Shown: in pieces, positions 9,093 to 19,620 of the stretch | Numbering within the stretch: the stretch's first letter is position 1 | Layout: each line of letters begins with the position of its first letter | DNA from: Candidatus Eiseniibacteriota bacterium | Lineage (GTDB): Bacteria; Eisenbacteria; RBG-16-71-46; DASYSL01 | Assembly: GCA_031431875.1 (NCBI GenBank) | Contig: JANPEF010000085.1 | Location: forward strand, 1 to 45,975 | DNA length: 45,975 nt | Direction: 5' to 3' | Translations under genes and position numbers: made by a program | The notes under the pieces: generated by a model | Seen by the model: only the letters and a program-made list of their open reading frames with translations | Told to the model about the DNA's origin: nothing | Databases searched by the model: none

Positions 9093-10425
9093 GCGTCGGC
9101 GAGTTCACGTTGCCGTTGTACCTGAGGTCGTTGCCGACCATCACCACGCTCTTCAGCATGTCGAGCGTGGTGCTCGCCACCGTGATCTCGGCAACCGGGA
9201 AGGCGACCTTGCCCTTCTCGATCCAGAACCCGGCAGCCTGGTACGAGTAGGCACCGGTCGTCGCGTTGTAACCGAACGCGCCGGAGTCCACCATCCAGAA
9301 CCCGCGGTCGACCGAGGCGAGGATCTGCTCGGGCGTGGACGCACCGTTGGCGATGTACAGGTTGCGCGGTCCGATGCCCGGCGCATTCTGGTACCCGCGC
9401 GTCGCGTTGCCCGTCGACCTGGCACCGGCGCGACGGCCCCAGTACGCGTTGTAGGCGAACATCTTCATCACGCCCTTGTCGATCAGGAGGTTCTTCTGCG
9501 TGGCGCCGCCCTCGCCGTCGAACGGCGCGGTGCCCACGCCGCCCGGCAGGATGCCGTCGTCGATGAGCGTGACCAGATCCGAAGCGATCGGCTGGCCGAG
9601 CTTCTCGGTCAGGTACGACACCTTCTTGAACGCCTGCTCTCCCGAAAACGCGTTGAACAGGTTCTGGATCCAGTTGCCCGCGATGTCGGGGTGGAGGATC
9701 ACCGGGACCTTCTGCGTCGGTACGCCGCGGGCGCCGATCTTGTCGATCGCGCGCTTGCCGGCCTCCTTGCCGATCGCCTCGGGCGTGCTCAACGCCTCGA
9801 GGTGGGACTGGAACTCGCCGTAGCCGCCCGACTGCTGCTTGTCGCCGTCGTCGGCGAGCGGGTTGATGAAGCCGCCGATCCCCGTGTTGCGGTAGGTCAG
9901 GCTCTTGCCGGCCGAGCTCGCGTACCAGGTCTCGCCGACGCCGCTCTGCAGCGAGCAGCCGTCGGTGCGCTTGATGCGCGGGTCGTAGGCCAGTGCGGCC
10001 TTCTCGACGCTGCGCGCCCAGTCGATCTTCTGCTCTGCGGTGAGCGCCGCGACCGCGGGATCGTAGGTCTTGAGCCCGGCCGCGTCGGCCGCCATCGCCG
10101 GCGGCGTGGCCGGCAGCCCGGCGGCCTCGTCGGCCTGCGCCTTCTTCGCCAGCTCGACGGCGCGCGTGGCGATGTCCTTGATCGCGTTCTCGCGGAAGTC
10201 GCTGGTGTAGACCAGCGCGGTGCGCTTGTCGACGAACACGCGCAGGCCGAGCCCGCGCGTTTGCGCCTGCTTCAGGTTCTCGACTTCGCCCTGCAGCACG
10301 TCGACCCGGAACTGCGCGCCGGATTCGACGAGGGCGTCGGCCTCCTTCGCGCCCGCCTTGAGCGCGAAGCCGACGGCTGATTCTGCCGCCTTCTGGAGCG
10401 TCAGGTTCGTGTCGGCGCTAGGCAC
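9046..10425 (-). CDS. pmbA: TldE/PmbA metalloprotease subunit
   Basis: GLGLRVF, PFDGEG, STGNA, TGAYS...GFWIEKG, SPTL; lacks the HExxxH motif. Confidence 0.92.
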   Translation of the reverse strand: MPSADTNLTLQKAAESAVGFALKAGAKEADALVESGAQFRVDVLQGEVENLKQAQTRGLGLRVFVDKRTALVYTSDFRENAIKDIATRAVELAKKAQADEAAGLPATPPAMAADAAGLKTYDPAVAALTAEQKIDWARSVEKAALAYDPRIKRTDGCSLQSGVGETWYASSAGKSLTYRNTGIGGFINPLADDGDKQQSGGYGEFQSHLEALSTPEAIGKEAGKRAIDKIGARGVPTQKVPVILHPDIAGNWIQNLFNAFSGEQAFKKVSYLTEKLGQPIASDLVTLIDDGILPGGVGTAPFDGEGGATQKNLLIDKGVMKMFAYNAYWGRRAGARSTGNATRGYQNAPGIGPRNLYIANGASTPEQILASVDRGFWMVDSGAFGYNATTGAYSYQAAGFWIEKGKVAFPVAEITVASTTLDMLKSVVMVGNDLRYNGNVNSPTLKIAEMTISGRQAAG

Positions 10426-12001
10426 GGGTGCCTCCCACGGTCATCTCGGAGAACATCACGGTGGGCTGTCCCACGCCGACGGGCTTCCACTGCCCGTCCT
10501 TGCCGCAGGTGCCCGTCTTCGTGTCGATCGCCAGGTCGTCGCCCAGCCCCTCGATCCGCAGCATCGCGTCGGCCGCGTTACCGGTGAGCGTCGCGCCCTT
10601 GACCGCGGACGTGATCTTTCCGTCCTCGATCAGGTACGCCTCGGAGACGACGAAGCTGAACATGCCGTCGGCCGGATTGACCGATCCGCCACCGAGGTTC
10701 TTGCAAAACAGGCCGTTCTTGATCGAGGCGATCATCTCGGCGGGCTTCGACGTGCCGCCAGCGATGTACGTGTTGGTCATGCGCGGGATGGGGAAGTCGC
10801 GGTAGCTGTTGCGACGGCCATTGGCCGTGCTCGTGTTGCCGGTGAGATCCGCGTTGAGGCGATCCCACAGATAGCCCTTGAGGACGCCCTTCTCGACCAC
10901 GTGCGACTTCTGCGACGGCGTGCCCTCGTCGTCCACCTTGAACGAGCCGCGCGCGTTCGGCACGGTCGAGTCGTCGTAGATGTCGACGATATCCGAGCAC
11001 ACCTTCTGGTTGAGCTGCTTCTCGCGGATCGAGGTCTTCTTGCGGATGCCGTCGCCCTCGAGCGAGTGGCCGAAGCACTCGTGGACGAGCACGCCGCCCC
11101 AGCCGTGGTTGATGATGACCGGGTAGCTGCCGGCCTTCGCATCGACGGCGGTCAGCAGCGCGATCGCCGTGTCGGACGCTTCGTGCGCGGTTTGCTCGGG
11201 CGTGCGCACCTTGTCGAAGTAGTCGGCCTCGACCGCGCCGCCGGCCATCGCCATGCCGCCCTGGCGATTCGACCCGTCGATCGCCGTCGGCACCACGGCG
11301 AGGCGCGAGATGAACTGGCGATCCTCGGCCCACACGCCGTCGGAGTTGGCGACCAGGATGGCCTTCGACGTGTCGGCCATGATGACCTGCACCTGCTTGA
11401 TCCGCGGGTCGCGGGTGCGCGCCGCCTCGTTGCCGCGGCGACACAGGTCGATCTTCTCGCCCTCGCTCGCGGTCAGCGGCGCGGGGCGGACCAGCACGAA
11501 CGGCGCCTTTGCCTTGGTCGCCGCGAACGCCCTGGGCGTGCCGCCGGGCTTGCCCCTGGCGATGGCGGCGGCGACGCGCGCGGCTTCGCGCAGGCCGTCC
11601 ATGCCGAACTCGTCGGCGTAGGCGTAGCCGACGGCATCGCCGTCGATGACGCGCACGCCCACGCCCGAGAGGACGCCGTACTGCGCCTGGCGCAGTTCGT
11701 TCTCGTCGAGCACGAAGTTGGTGTTGATCGTGTACTCGCCGTAGATCTCGGCGAACGGGGCGCCCTTCGACTGCGCGAGCTTGAGCAGTTCGGCGACCTG
11801 GTCCGGGGTCAGGAACCGGGTGACCGGCGGCAACTCGGCCTGGGCGGCCTGCGCGAGGACCGGCGCCCAGGTGTCGAGCGCGAGGCGCGACACCGCGACC
11901 CCCGCGCCGACCGCGAGGCTGCCGCGCATGAAGTCGCGGCGGGAGATCGAACAGGCGCCGAGGGCGGGCCCGCGATGTTGGAACGAACCGTGAACGTGCA
12001 T
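10418..12001 (-). CDS. tldD: TldD metalloprotease with twin-arginine signal
   Basis: HECFGHSLEGD metal motif, DDEG, PRMTNTY, CGKDGQ, GQPT; N-terminal SRRDFM. Confidence 0.93.
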   Translation of the reverse strand: MHVHGSFQHRGPALGACSISRRDFMRGSLAVGAGVAVSRLALDTWAPVLAQAAQAELPPVTRFLTPDQVAELLKLAQSKGAPFAEIYGEYTINTNFVLDENELRQAQYGVLSGVGVRVIDGDAVGYAYADEFGMDGLREAARVAAAIARGKPGGTPRAFAATKAKAPFVLVRPAPLTASEGEKIDLCRRGNEAARTRDPRIKQVQVIMADTSKAILVANSDGVWAEDRQFISRLAVVPTAIDGSNRQGGMAMAGGAVEADYFDKVRTPEQTAHEASDTAIALLTAVDAKAGSYPVIINHGWGGVLVHECFGHSLEGDGIRKKTSIREKQLNQKVCSDIVDIYDDSTVPNARGSFKVDDEGTPSQKSHVVEKGVLKGYLWDRLNADLTGNTSTANGRRNSYRDFPIPRMTNTYIAGGTSKPAEMIASIKNGLFCKNLGGGSVNPADGMFSFVVSEAYLIEDGKITSAVKGATLTGNAADAMLRIEGLGDDLAIDTKTGTCGKDGQWKPVGVGQPTVMFSEMTVGGTRA

Positions 12002-12263
12002 GAGCGCTCCATGGCGGCGTGTGGCGCCGGGGTGGATCGACGTGGAACGGAGCGGCGGGGGGAGCCCGCCGTCGCGCGAAGAAACGTCGCACCATGCGCT
12101 TGTCGGTGCAAGCCCGACGCGTGGGGGGGCCGTCAGGGATGCGTCAAGGACCGGTCAGGCGGCACCGTGGCCGCCGGCCTTGAGCGCCCCCGTGGCCTCG
12201 GCTAGACTGCGAGGGACCGGCGGCTCGCATCCGTCCCCCTATTCTCCGTCCGAGGTTCTTCCC

Positions 12264-13205
12264 ATGGCGACGACTTCTCCTCCTCCCGGGCTCACCCAGA
12301 AGCGAGTTCGCCTCATCGGCGCACCGATGGACCTGGGCGCCGGCCGCCGCGGCGTCGACATGGGGCCGTCGGCCCTGCGCGTGGCGGGCCTCGGTTCGCG
12401 CCTGCGCGAACTCGGCATTGCCGTCGAGGACTTCGGCGACGTGCGGGTCAAGCACCCCGAGCAGCAGGAGCCGGGCGACTCGAAGCTCAAGTACAAGGGC
12501 CCGATCCTCGACACCTGCACCGAGCTGGCGATCGCCGTCGAGCAGGCGCTCGACGATGGCTGTGTGCCCGCGGTCCTCGGCGGCGACCACTCGGTCGCGA
12601 TCGGCTCGACTGCCGGGCTCGGCTCGCACCTGCGCAAGAAGAACCAGCGCATGGGTCTCATCTGGTTCGACGCCCACGGGGACATGAACACGCCCGAGAC
12701 GTCCCCGACGGGAAACATCCACGGCATGGCGCTGGCGATCGCGCTGGGTCTCGGCGACGCCGACCTGACCGGCATCGGCGGCTTCCGCCCCAAGGTCGAT
12801 CCGTCGAACGCGGTGCTGGTCGGCCCGCGCTCGATCGACGACGAGGAGCGGCGCGTCATCCAGCACGCCGGCGTGCAGGTCTTCACCATGCGCGAGATCG
12901 ACGAGCGCGGCATGCGGGCGGTGATGGAGGACGCGATGAAGGTCGCGCTGAACGGCGCCGCCGGGCTGCACGTCTCGTTCGACATGGACTGCATCGATCC
13001 GTCGTTCGCGCCCGGGACGGGCACGACGGTGCCGGGCGGGATCACCTACCGCGAGGCGCACCTGGCGATGGAGATGGTCGCCGACTCGCAGACGCTGATG
13101 GCAATCGACCTGATGGAAGTGAACCCGGTGCTCGACGAGCACAACCAGACCGCGACGCTGGCCGTCGAGCTGTTCCTCTCGGCCATGGGCAAGCGCATCA
13201 TGTAG
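12264..13205 (+). CDS. rocF: Arginase
   Basis: GAGRRGVDMGP, GGDHS, DAHGDMNTP..SPTGNIHGM, SFDMDCIDP, EVNP. Confidence 0.95.
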   Translation: MATTSPPPGLTQKRVRLIGAPMDLGAGRRGVDMGPSALRVAGLGSRLRELGIAVEDFGDVRVKHPEQQEPGDSKLKYKGPILDTCTELAIAVEQALDDGCVPAVLGGDHSVAIGSTAGLGSHLRKKNQRMGLIWFDAHGDMNTPETSPTGNIHGMALAIALGLGDADLTGIGGFRPKVDPSNAVLVGPRSIDDEERRVIQHAGVQVFTMREIDERGMRAVMEDAMKVALNGAAGLHVSFDMDCIDPSFAPGTGTTVPGGITYREAHLAMEMVADSQTLMAIDLMEVNPVLDEHNQTATLAVELFLSAMGKRIM

Positions 13206-13265
13206 TCGTCGCCCCGTTGCCCCGTTGCCCCGTCACAACCGGAGTTCCTTGTTCACCGCGCCGAT

Positions 13266-13302
13266 CGTCGATGTTGCGACGGTCGGCGTCGTTGTATCGA
13301 CG
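13266..13302. promoter_or_regulatory. Tandem palindromic sites, candidate enhancer (UAS) for a sigma54 activator
   Basis: CGTCG-N6-CGACG at 13266-13281 and 13287-13302, 21 bp apart, about 110-145 bp upstream of a -24/-12 promoter. Confidence 0.6.
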
Positions 13303-13409
13303 GTGGCGCCGGCCCGTGCGCGTCGCGGTCGGACGCGGCCAGCCCGGAAATCCAGGCGTTTGGCGGGGTTCACGCCGGGTCGGGTCCGACTGCGGCCCGG
13401 CCCCTCCGG

Positions 13410-13425
13410 CGGCATGGCGCTTGCT
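13410..13425 (+). promoter_or_regulatory. Sigma54 (-24/-12) promoter
   Basis: cGGCATggcgcTTGCT, GG-N10-GC spacing, 47 bp upstream of ATG 13472. Confidence 0.75.
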
Positions 13426-13471
13426 GTTCGACGGACACAGCCCCCGCTGGTCCGCCCCTGCGGAGAGCGCG

Positions 13472-13792
13472 ATGCACCTTCTCGCTCGATTCGTCATCGC
13501 GACGTCCGCCGTGTTCGCCCTGCTCGGATTCTGTTCCGCGCCCGCCCGGGCCCAGGCCATCCCGGCGTGGCTGCCGGGGCTCTCGATCAAGTTCATCGTG
13601 CGCACGATGGAGCTCGGAGACCTGCTGAATGAGGCGATCGCCGATCGTCTCCGTCGCCGTCCGCTGTTCTACCCGCAGCCTGTCCTGCCGCCGCCGCCGG
13701 TGATCCTTCCCGTGATCGATCCTGCGACCGAGCCGGCTCCCCTCCGCGCGACCGGGCCGCATCCGTCGCTGGAAGCGGTGTTCGTCCCGTGA
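13472..13792 (+). CDS. Small secreted protein 1 (signal peptide, helix, Pro-rich tail)
   Basis: GGAGAG RBS; signal ending PARAQA; PQPVLPPPPVILP; GTGA overlap with the next gene. Confidence 0.7.
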   Translation: MHLLARFVIATSAVFALLGFCSAPARAQAIPAWLPGLSIKFIVRTMELGDLLNEAIADRLRRRPLFYPQPVLPPPPVILPVIDPATEPAPLRATGPHPSLEAVFVP

Positions 13793-14247
13793 TCGCGCGC
13801 CTTCCGGCAGCGGCCGCGCTGCTCGCCGTGCTGGGGCTCCTCCTCGCGCCGCCGGCGTCCGCCGGTCCGCTGCGGAAGGCGTTGCGCCTGGCCGTGCGGT
13901 ACGCCACCCGCTGCGTCGAGGCCCGCCGGACGATCGAATCCGTGCGCGAGTGGAAGGACCGTTTGCGCGCTTCGATGCCCGCTCCCGTGCGCCCCCCGAA
14001 CTCCGCCCCCGGGGATCAAGCCGATGAACTTCCCCACCCTGCGACGCTTCCGTCCGTGCGCCCTCGCGCTCGGGTTGCTCGACGCTCTCGCCCAGCCCAT
14101 CCTCGTCACCACTCCGGTCCACGCCGCGACCGCACCGATCGTCACCGACGGGGGCGCGGTCAAGGCGTTGCGCGTCGCCTGGGGCCGGTTCGGCCCGATC
14201 ATCATCACGCTCGCCTGGGACATCGTGACGGACCTGTTCTCGGGTGA
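13789..14247 (+). CDS. Small secreted protein 2 (true end may be near 14027)
   Basis: Signal ending PPASA, cationic amphipathic helix GPLRKALRLAVRYATR, PAPVRPPNSAP; the ORF overlaps the next gene by 224 bp. Confidence 0.6.
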   Translation: MIARLPAAAALLAVLGLLLAPPASAGPLRKALRLAVRYATRCVEARRTIESVREWKDRLRASMPAPVRPPNSAPGDQADELPHPATLPSVRPRARVARRSRPAHPRHHSGPRRDRTDRHRRGRGQGVARRLGPVRPDHHHARLGHRDGPVLG

Positions 14248-14305
14248 TTCGCAGCCACCGCCGCCGGCCGACCCGCCGCTGCCGGATCCGGATTTCGCGC
14301 CCTGA
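14024..14305 (+). CDS. Small secreted protein 3
   Basis: GGGGA RBS; signal ending PVHA; helix ALRVAWGRFGPIIITLAWDIVTDLFSG; QPPPPADPPLPDP tail. Confidence 0.7.
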   Translation: MNFPTLRRFRPCALALGLLDALAQPILVTTPVHAATAPIVTDGGAVKALRVAWGRFGPIIITLAWDIVTDLFSGDSQPPPPADPPLPDPDFAP

Positions 14306-14349
14306 CCCCCGCCTGCGTCCCCTTCAATCGCCCCCGCGGGAGATCGACC

Positions 14350-14609
14350 ATGCTTCGTCCGTTTCGCCCGCTGCTGCTCGTGAGCACCCTGGTCCTCGCC
14401 GTTCCTGCGCTTGTTCCGGTCCGTGCCGTGGCCGCGGCGAACCAACCGCAGGCCGACCTGGGCATTCCCAGGCCGGTCATGCGGTACCTCAAGGCCAACT
14501 GGCAGATGATCTACATCGCGCTCGACGAGCTGATCGATGATCTCACCGGGTGCGACTGCCCGCCGACGCCGCCCCCCGCACCGAATCCGGCTCCGTCCCC
14601 TGGGGTGGG

Positions 14610-14613
<4 letters not shown>
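14350..14613 (+). CDS. Small secreted protein 4 (apparent paralog of protein 3)
   Basis: GGGAG RBS; signal ending AVA/AAA; helix VMRYLKANWQMIYIALDELIDDLTG; CDCPPTPPPAPNPAP tail. Confidence 0.72.
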
Positions 14614-16688
<2,075 letters not shown>

Positions 16689-16745
16689 GCGGCCGAGCCT
16701 AGCACGGGCCGTCGGTCTCGGCTATCTTCGCGCCGGAGGATCGCC

Positions 16746-17402
16746 ATGCGCACATTGTCCGCTTCCATGTTTGCCTGCGCCGCCGCGATGCTGCTGGCCG
16801 GCTGCGCACGGGAGCCCGCCGCCCCGTCCGGACCCGTCGCCCCGGCCCGTCCCGAGGCCGCCCAGGCCGCGACCGTCGCCATGTGGCGCACCCAGTTCGA
16901 CGGGCATCGCGTCCAGTGGGAGGCGGTCTTCGCCGGCCCCGACTCGCCGCTGCCCGAGGGCGCGCGCGTTGCCTTCCCCGGCCTGCGCTTCTATCCCTAT
17001 GACGAGTCGTGGCGCTACGCCGGGGACCTCGAGCGCCTGCATCCCCCGCGCTTCATTGCGGTCCCGGCGACGAAGGGGCGGACGCAGTCATACCTCGACT
17101 ACGGCCGCTTTCCGCTCGAGCGCAACGGCGTCGTCGTCACCCTCGAGGTGCACCGCCCGGTCGAGCACCCGGACCAGTTCTTCATCGCCTTCTTCGACTC
17201 CACGAACCACGGCGAGACCTACGAGGGCGGCCGCTACGTGCACCTCGACTCGGTCGACACGCACCGGTTCGTGCTCGACTTCAACCGGGCCTACGCTCCG
17301 TACTGTGCGTTCGACTCGTCGTGGATCTGCCCCTTGCCGCCGCGGGGGAACGCGCTGCCGTTCGCCGTGCGCGCGGGCATGATGACGTCGGGGAAGAAGT
17401 GA
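16746..17402 (+). CDS. DUF1684 family lipoprotein
   Basis: LLAGC lipobox; DSPL, GLRFYP, ETYEGGRY, LDFNRAYAPYCAF...CPLPP..N.L..VRAG. Confidence 0.88.
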   Translation: MRTLSASMFACAAAMLLAGCAREPAAPSGPVAPARPEAAQAATVAMWRTQFDGHRVQWEAVFAGPDSPLPEGARVAFPGLRFYPYDESWRYAGDLERLHPPRFIAVPATKGRTQSYLDYGRFPLERNGVVVTLEVHRPVEHPDQFFIAFFDSTNHGETYEGGRYVHLDSVDTHRFVLDFNRAYAPYCAFDSSWICPLPPRGNALPFAVRAGMMTSGKK

Positions 17403-17881
17403 TGCTCCCGCTGTTTCTCGCCGCAGTTCTCGCCGCCGCGCCCTCTTCCTCGCCCGCGCCGGCCGCGGATCTCGCGCGTCTCTCGTGGCTCGCCGGCTGC
17501 TGGAGTCGCACCAGCCCGCGGCGCATCGTCGAGGAACAGTGGATGGCGCCCGCCGCCGGGCTGATGCTCGGCTCGGGCCGCACGCGCAACGTGGCCGACG
17601 GCGCGCTGGTCGAGTTCGAGCAGGTGCGCATCGAGACGCGCGGTGACACGCTCGTGTTCGTGGCCAAGCCGGCGCGCCAACCCGAGGCCGAGTTCGCGGC
17701 GATCGCGGTCACCGATTCGTTGGTCGTCTTCGAGAACCTGGCGCACGACTACCCGCAGCGCGTCGGCTACCGCCTGGTCCATGCCGACTCGCTCGCCGCG
17801 TTCATCGACGGCACCGCCGACGGCAAGCCGCGCAAGGTCGAGTTCCCGTACCGGCGCGTGGCCTGCGCGAACCCGCGATGA
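17402..17881 (+). CDS. Exported protein, DUF6265-like
   Basis: Signal peptide; LSWLAGCW, EEQW, FENLAHDYPQRVGY. Confidence 0.8.
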   Translation: MLPLFLAAVLAAAPSSSPAPAADLARLSWLAGCWSRTSPRRIVEEQWMAPAAGLMLGSGRTRNVADGALVEFEQVRIETRGDTLVFVAKPARQPEAEFAAIAVTDSLVVFENLAHDYPQRVGYRLVHADSLAAFIDGTADGKPRKVEFPYRRVACANPR

Positions 17882-18285
17882 GCGAAGAGACGCGCCGTAA
17901 CTTCGGCAGCGGGGGGCCGTGGGAGGAACTCTACGGCTACGCCCGCGCCGTGCGCATCGGCCGGCACGTGCAGGTCGCGGGCACGACCGCGGCCTTGCCC
18001 GACAGCGGCGTCGAGGGGGGCGCCGACGTGGCCGCCCAGGCGCGCGCGGTGTTCGACCGTATCGAGGCCGCGCTGGCGCAGGCCGGCGCGCGCATGGCCG
18101 ACGTCGTGCGCACCCGCATGTACGTCGTCCCCGGCGTCGACACCGACGCGGTCGGCCGCGTTCACGGCGAGCGCTTCGCCCTGATCCGTCCCGCCTCCAC
18201 GCTGGTCGTCGTCCACGCGCTCGTGCGCGCCGACCTGCTCGTGGAGATCGAGGTGGACGCGATCCTTCCCGCCGGGATGGCGTGA
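17878..18285 (+). CDS. RidA/YjgF family protein
   Basis: GGPWEELYGYARAVR, DVVRTRMY, RPASTLV, LLVEIEVDA. Confidence 0.92.
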   Translation: MSEETRRNFGSGGPWEELYGYARAVRIGRHVQVAGTTAALPDSGVEGGADVAAQARAVFDRIEAALAQAGARMADVVRTRMYVVPGVDTDAVGRVHGERFALIRPASTLVVVHALVRADLLVEIEVDAILPAGMA

Positions 18286-18911
18286 GCGCGACGCCGCTCT
18301 CGCCCACGCTCGCGGACGCGATCGGGCGATATTGTGCCGCGCGCGACGCGGTGAGCGCCCTGTGCGCGGAGACGAGCGACGAGGGCTTCCACCGTGCGCC
18401 GCCCGACGGCGGCTGGTCCGTCGCGGAGTGCATCGAGCACTTGCTCGTCTCCGGCGGGAAGATGGCGGCGAAGCTCGAGCCCGCGCTCGCCGCCGCACGC
18501 ACCGCCGGGCGCCTGGCCACGCCGGCGGCGGCGCGCGCTCCGGTGCGGCTCGGCTGGTTCGCGCGCTTCTTCGTCCAGAGCACGGGGCCTGGCAAGCCCG
18601 GGCGCGCCGCACCGGCGCGCGTGCGGACCCGGCCGCCGTTCGACCCCGGCGATCCGCGGGCCCGCGGGCGCACGCGCGACGCCGTCGGTGCCGACTTCGC
18701 GGCACTGCAGGAACGGCTGATCGCGATCGCCGGCGCTGCCGACGGGCTCGACCTTGCGGGCGTGAAGATCGAATCGGTGCTCGCGTCGTGGATCCGCGTT
18801 CCGCTCGGCGGCTGGTTCCTCGCGATCGCCGGCCACCAGGAGCGCCACCTGGACCAGGCGCGCCGTGCGCTCGCCGCGATCGCAGCGGCGCCGGAAGGAG
18901 CGAAGGCATGA
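18282..18911 (+). CDS. DinB-superfamily protein
   Basis: GWSVAECIEHL and HQERHLDQ metal-binding His motifs; GTG start overlaps the upstream stop. Confidence 0.85.
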   Translation: MSATPLSPTLADAIGRYCAARDAVSALCAETSDEGFHRAPPDGGWSVAECIEHLLVSGGKMAAKLEPALAAARTAGRLATPAAARAPVRLGWFARFFVQSTGPGKPGRAAPARVRTRPPFDPGDPRARGRTRDAVGADFAALQERLIAIAGAADGLDLAGVKIESVLASWIRVPLGGWFLAIAGHQERHLDQARRALAAIAAAPEGAKA

Positions 18912-19468
18912 ACGTGGACGGAACGAGCCTCGGCGACCACATGCTGGGCGACGCGATCGCCCGCTTCCGCGAGCTGAAGACCCTCGGGGACAAGGCGATG
19001 GCACAGGTCGACGACGCGGCGTACTTCGCCCGCAGCGACGACGCGGCGAATGCGATCGCGCACGTGGTCAAGCACGTCGCCGGCAACCTGCGCTCGCGAT
19101 GGCGCGAGTTCCGGACCACCGACGGCGAGAAGCCCGATCGCGACCGCGACTCCGAGTTCGAGCTCGCACCGGAGGACACACGCGCGGCCCTCACCGCGCG
19201 CTGGGAGGAGGGCTGGGCGATCCTGTTCGCCGAGCTCGGCGCGCTCGGCGGCGGCGACCTGATGCAGACGGTCACCATCCGCCACGAACCGCACACGATC
19301 GTGCAGTGCATCCATCGCCAGCTCGGGCACTACGGCTACCACGTGGGGCAGATCGTGTCGCTGGCCCGCGCGGCACGCGGGCCGGAGTGGAGCTCGCTGT
19401 CGATCCCGCGGCGCAAGTCCGAATCATTCAACGCCGCAATGAAAGACAAGTTCACCGACCGAAGCTGA
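18908..19468 (+). CDS. DUF1572 (DinB-like) protein
   Basis: HVAGNLRSRW...DGEKPDRDRDSEF, HYGYHVGQIV, SLSIP. Confidence 0.88.
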   Translation: MNVDGTSLGDHMLGDAIARFRELKTLGDKAMAQVDDAAYFARSDDAANAIAHVVKHVAGNLRSRWREFRTTDGEKPDRDRDSEFELAPEDTRAALTARWEEGWAILFAELGALGGGDLMQTVTIRHEPHTIVQCIHRQLGHYGYHVGQIVSLARAARGPEWSSLSIPRRKSESFNAAMKDKFTDRS

Positions 19469-19501
19469 CCGGACGCGCGCTCACGAATCCATTCCTGCCA
19501 A

Positions 19502-19615
19502 TCGAGGCGGCGGCTCCCCTTCCGGGCGGAGGCGACCGCAGGCGAGCCGCGCAACGCGCGGCGACCCGAGGACGCTTCACCTCGCCTCGGCGCGGAAGGG
19601 GAGCCGCCGCCCCGA
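19502..19615. repeat. Long imperfect palindrome (REP/MITE-like or bidirectional terminator)
   Basis: Arms 19502-19524 and 19593-19615 match at 22/23, pairing continues inward at 9/11; internal hairpin 19546-19562; lies between convergent genes. Confidence 0.8.
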
Positions 19616-19620
19616 GAGGA

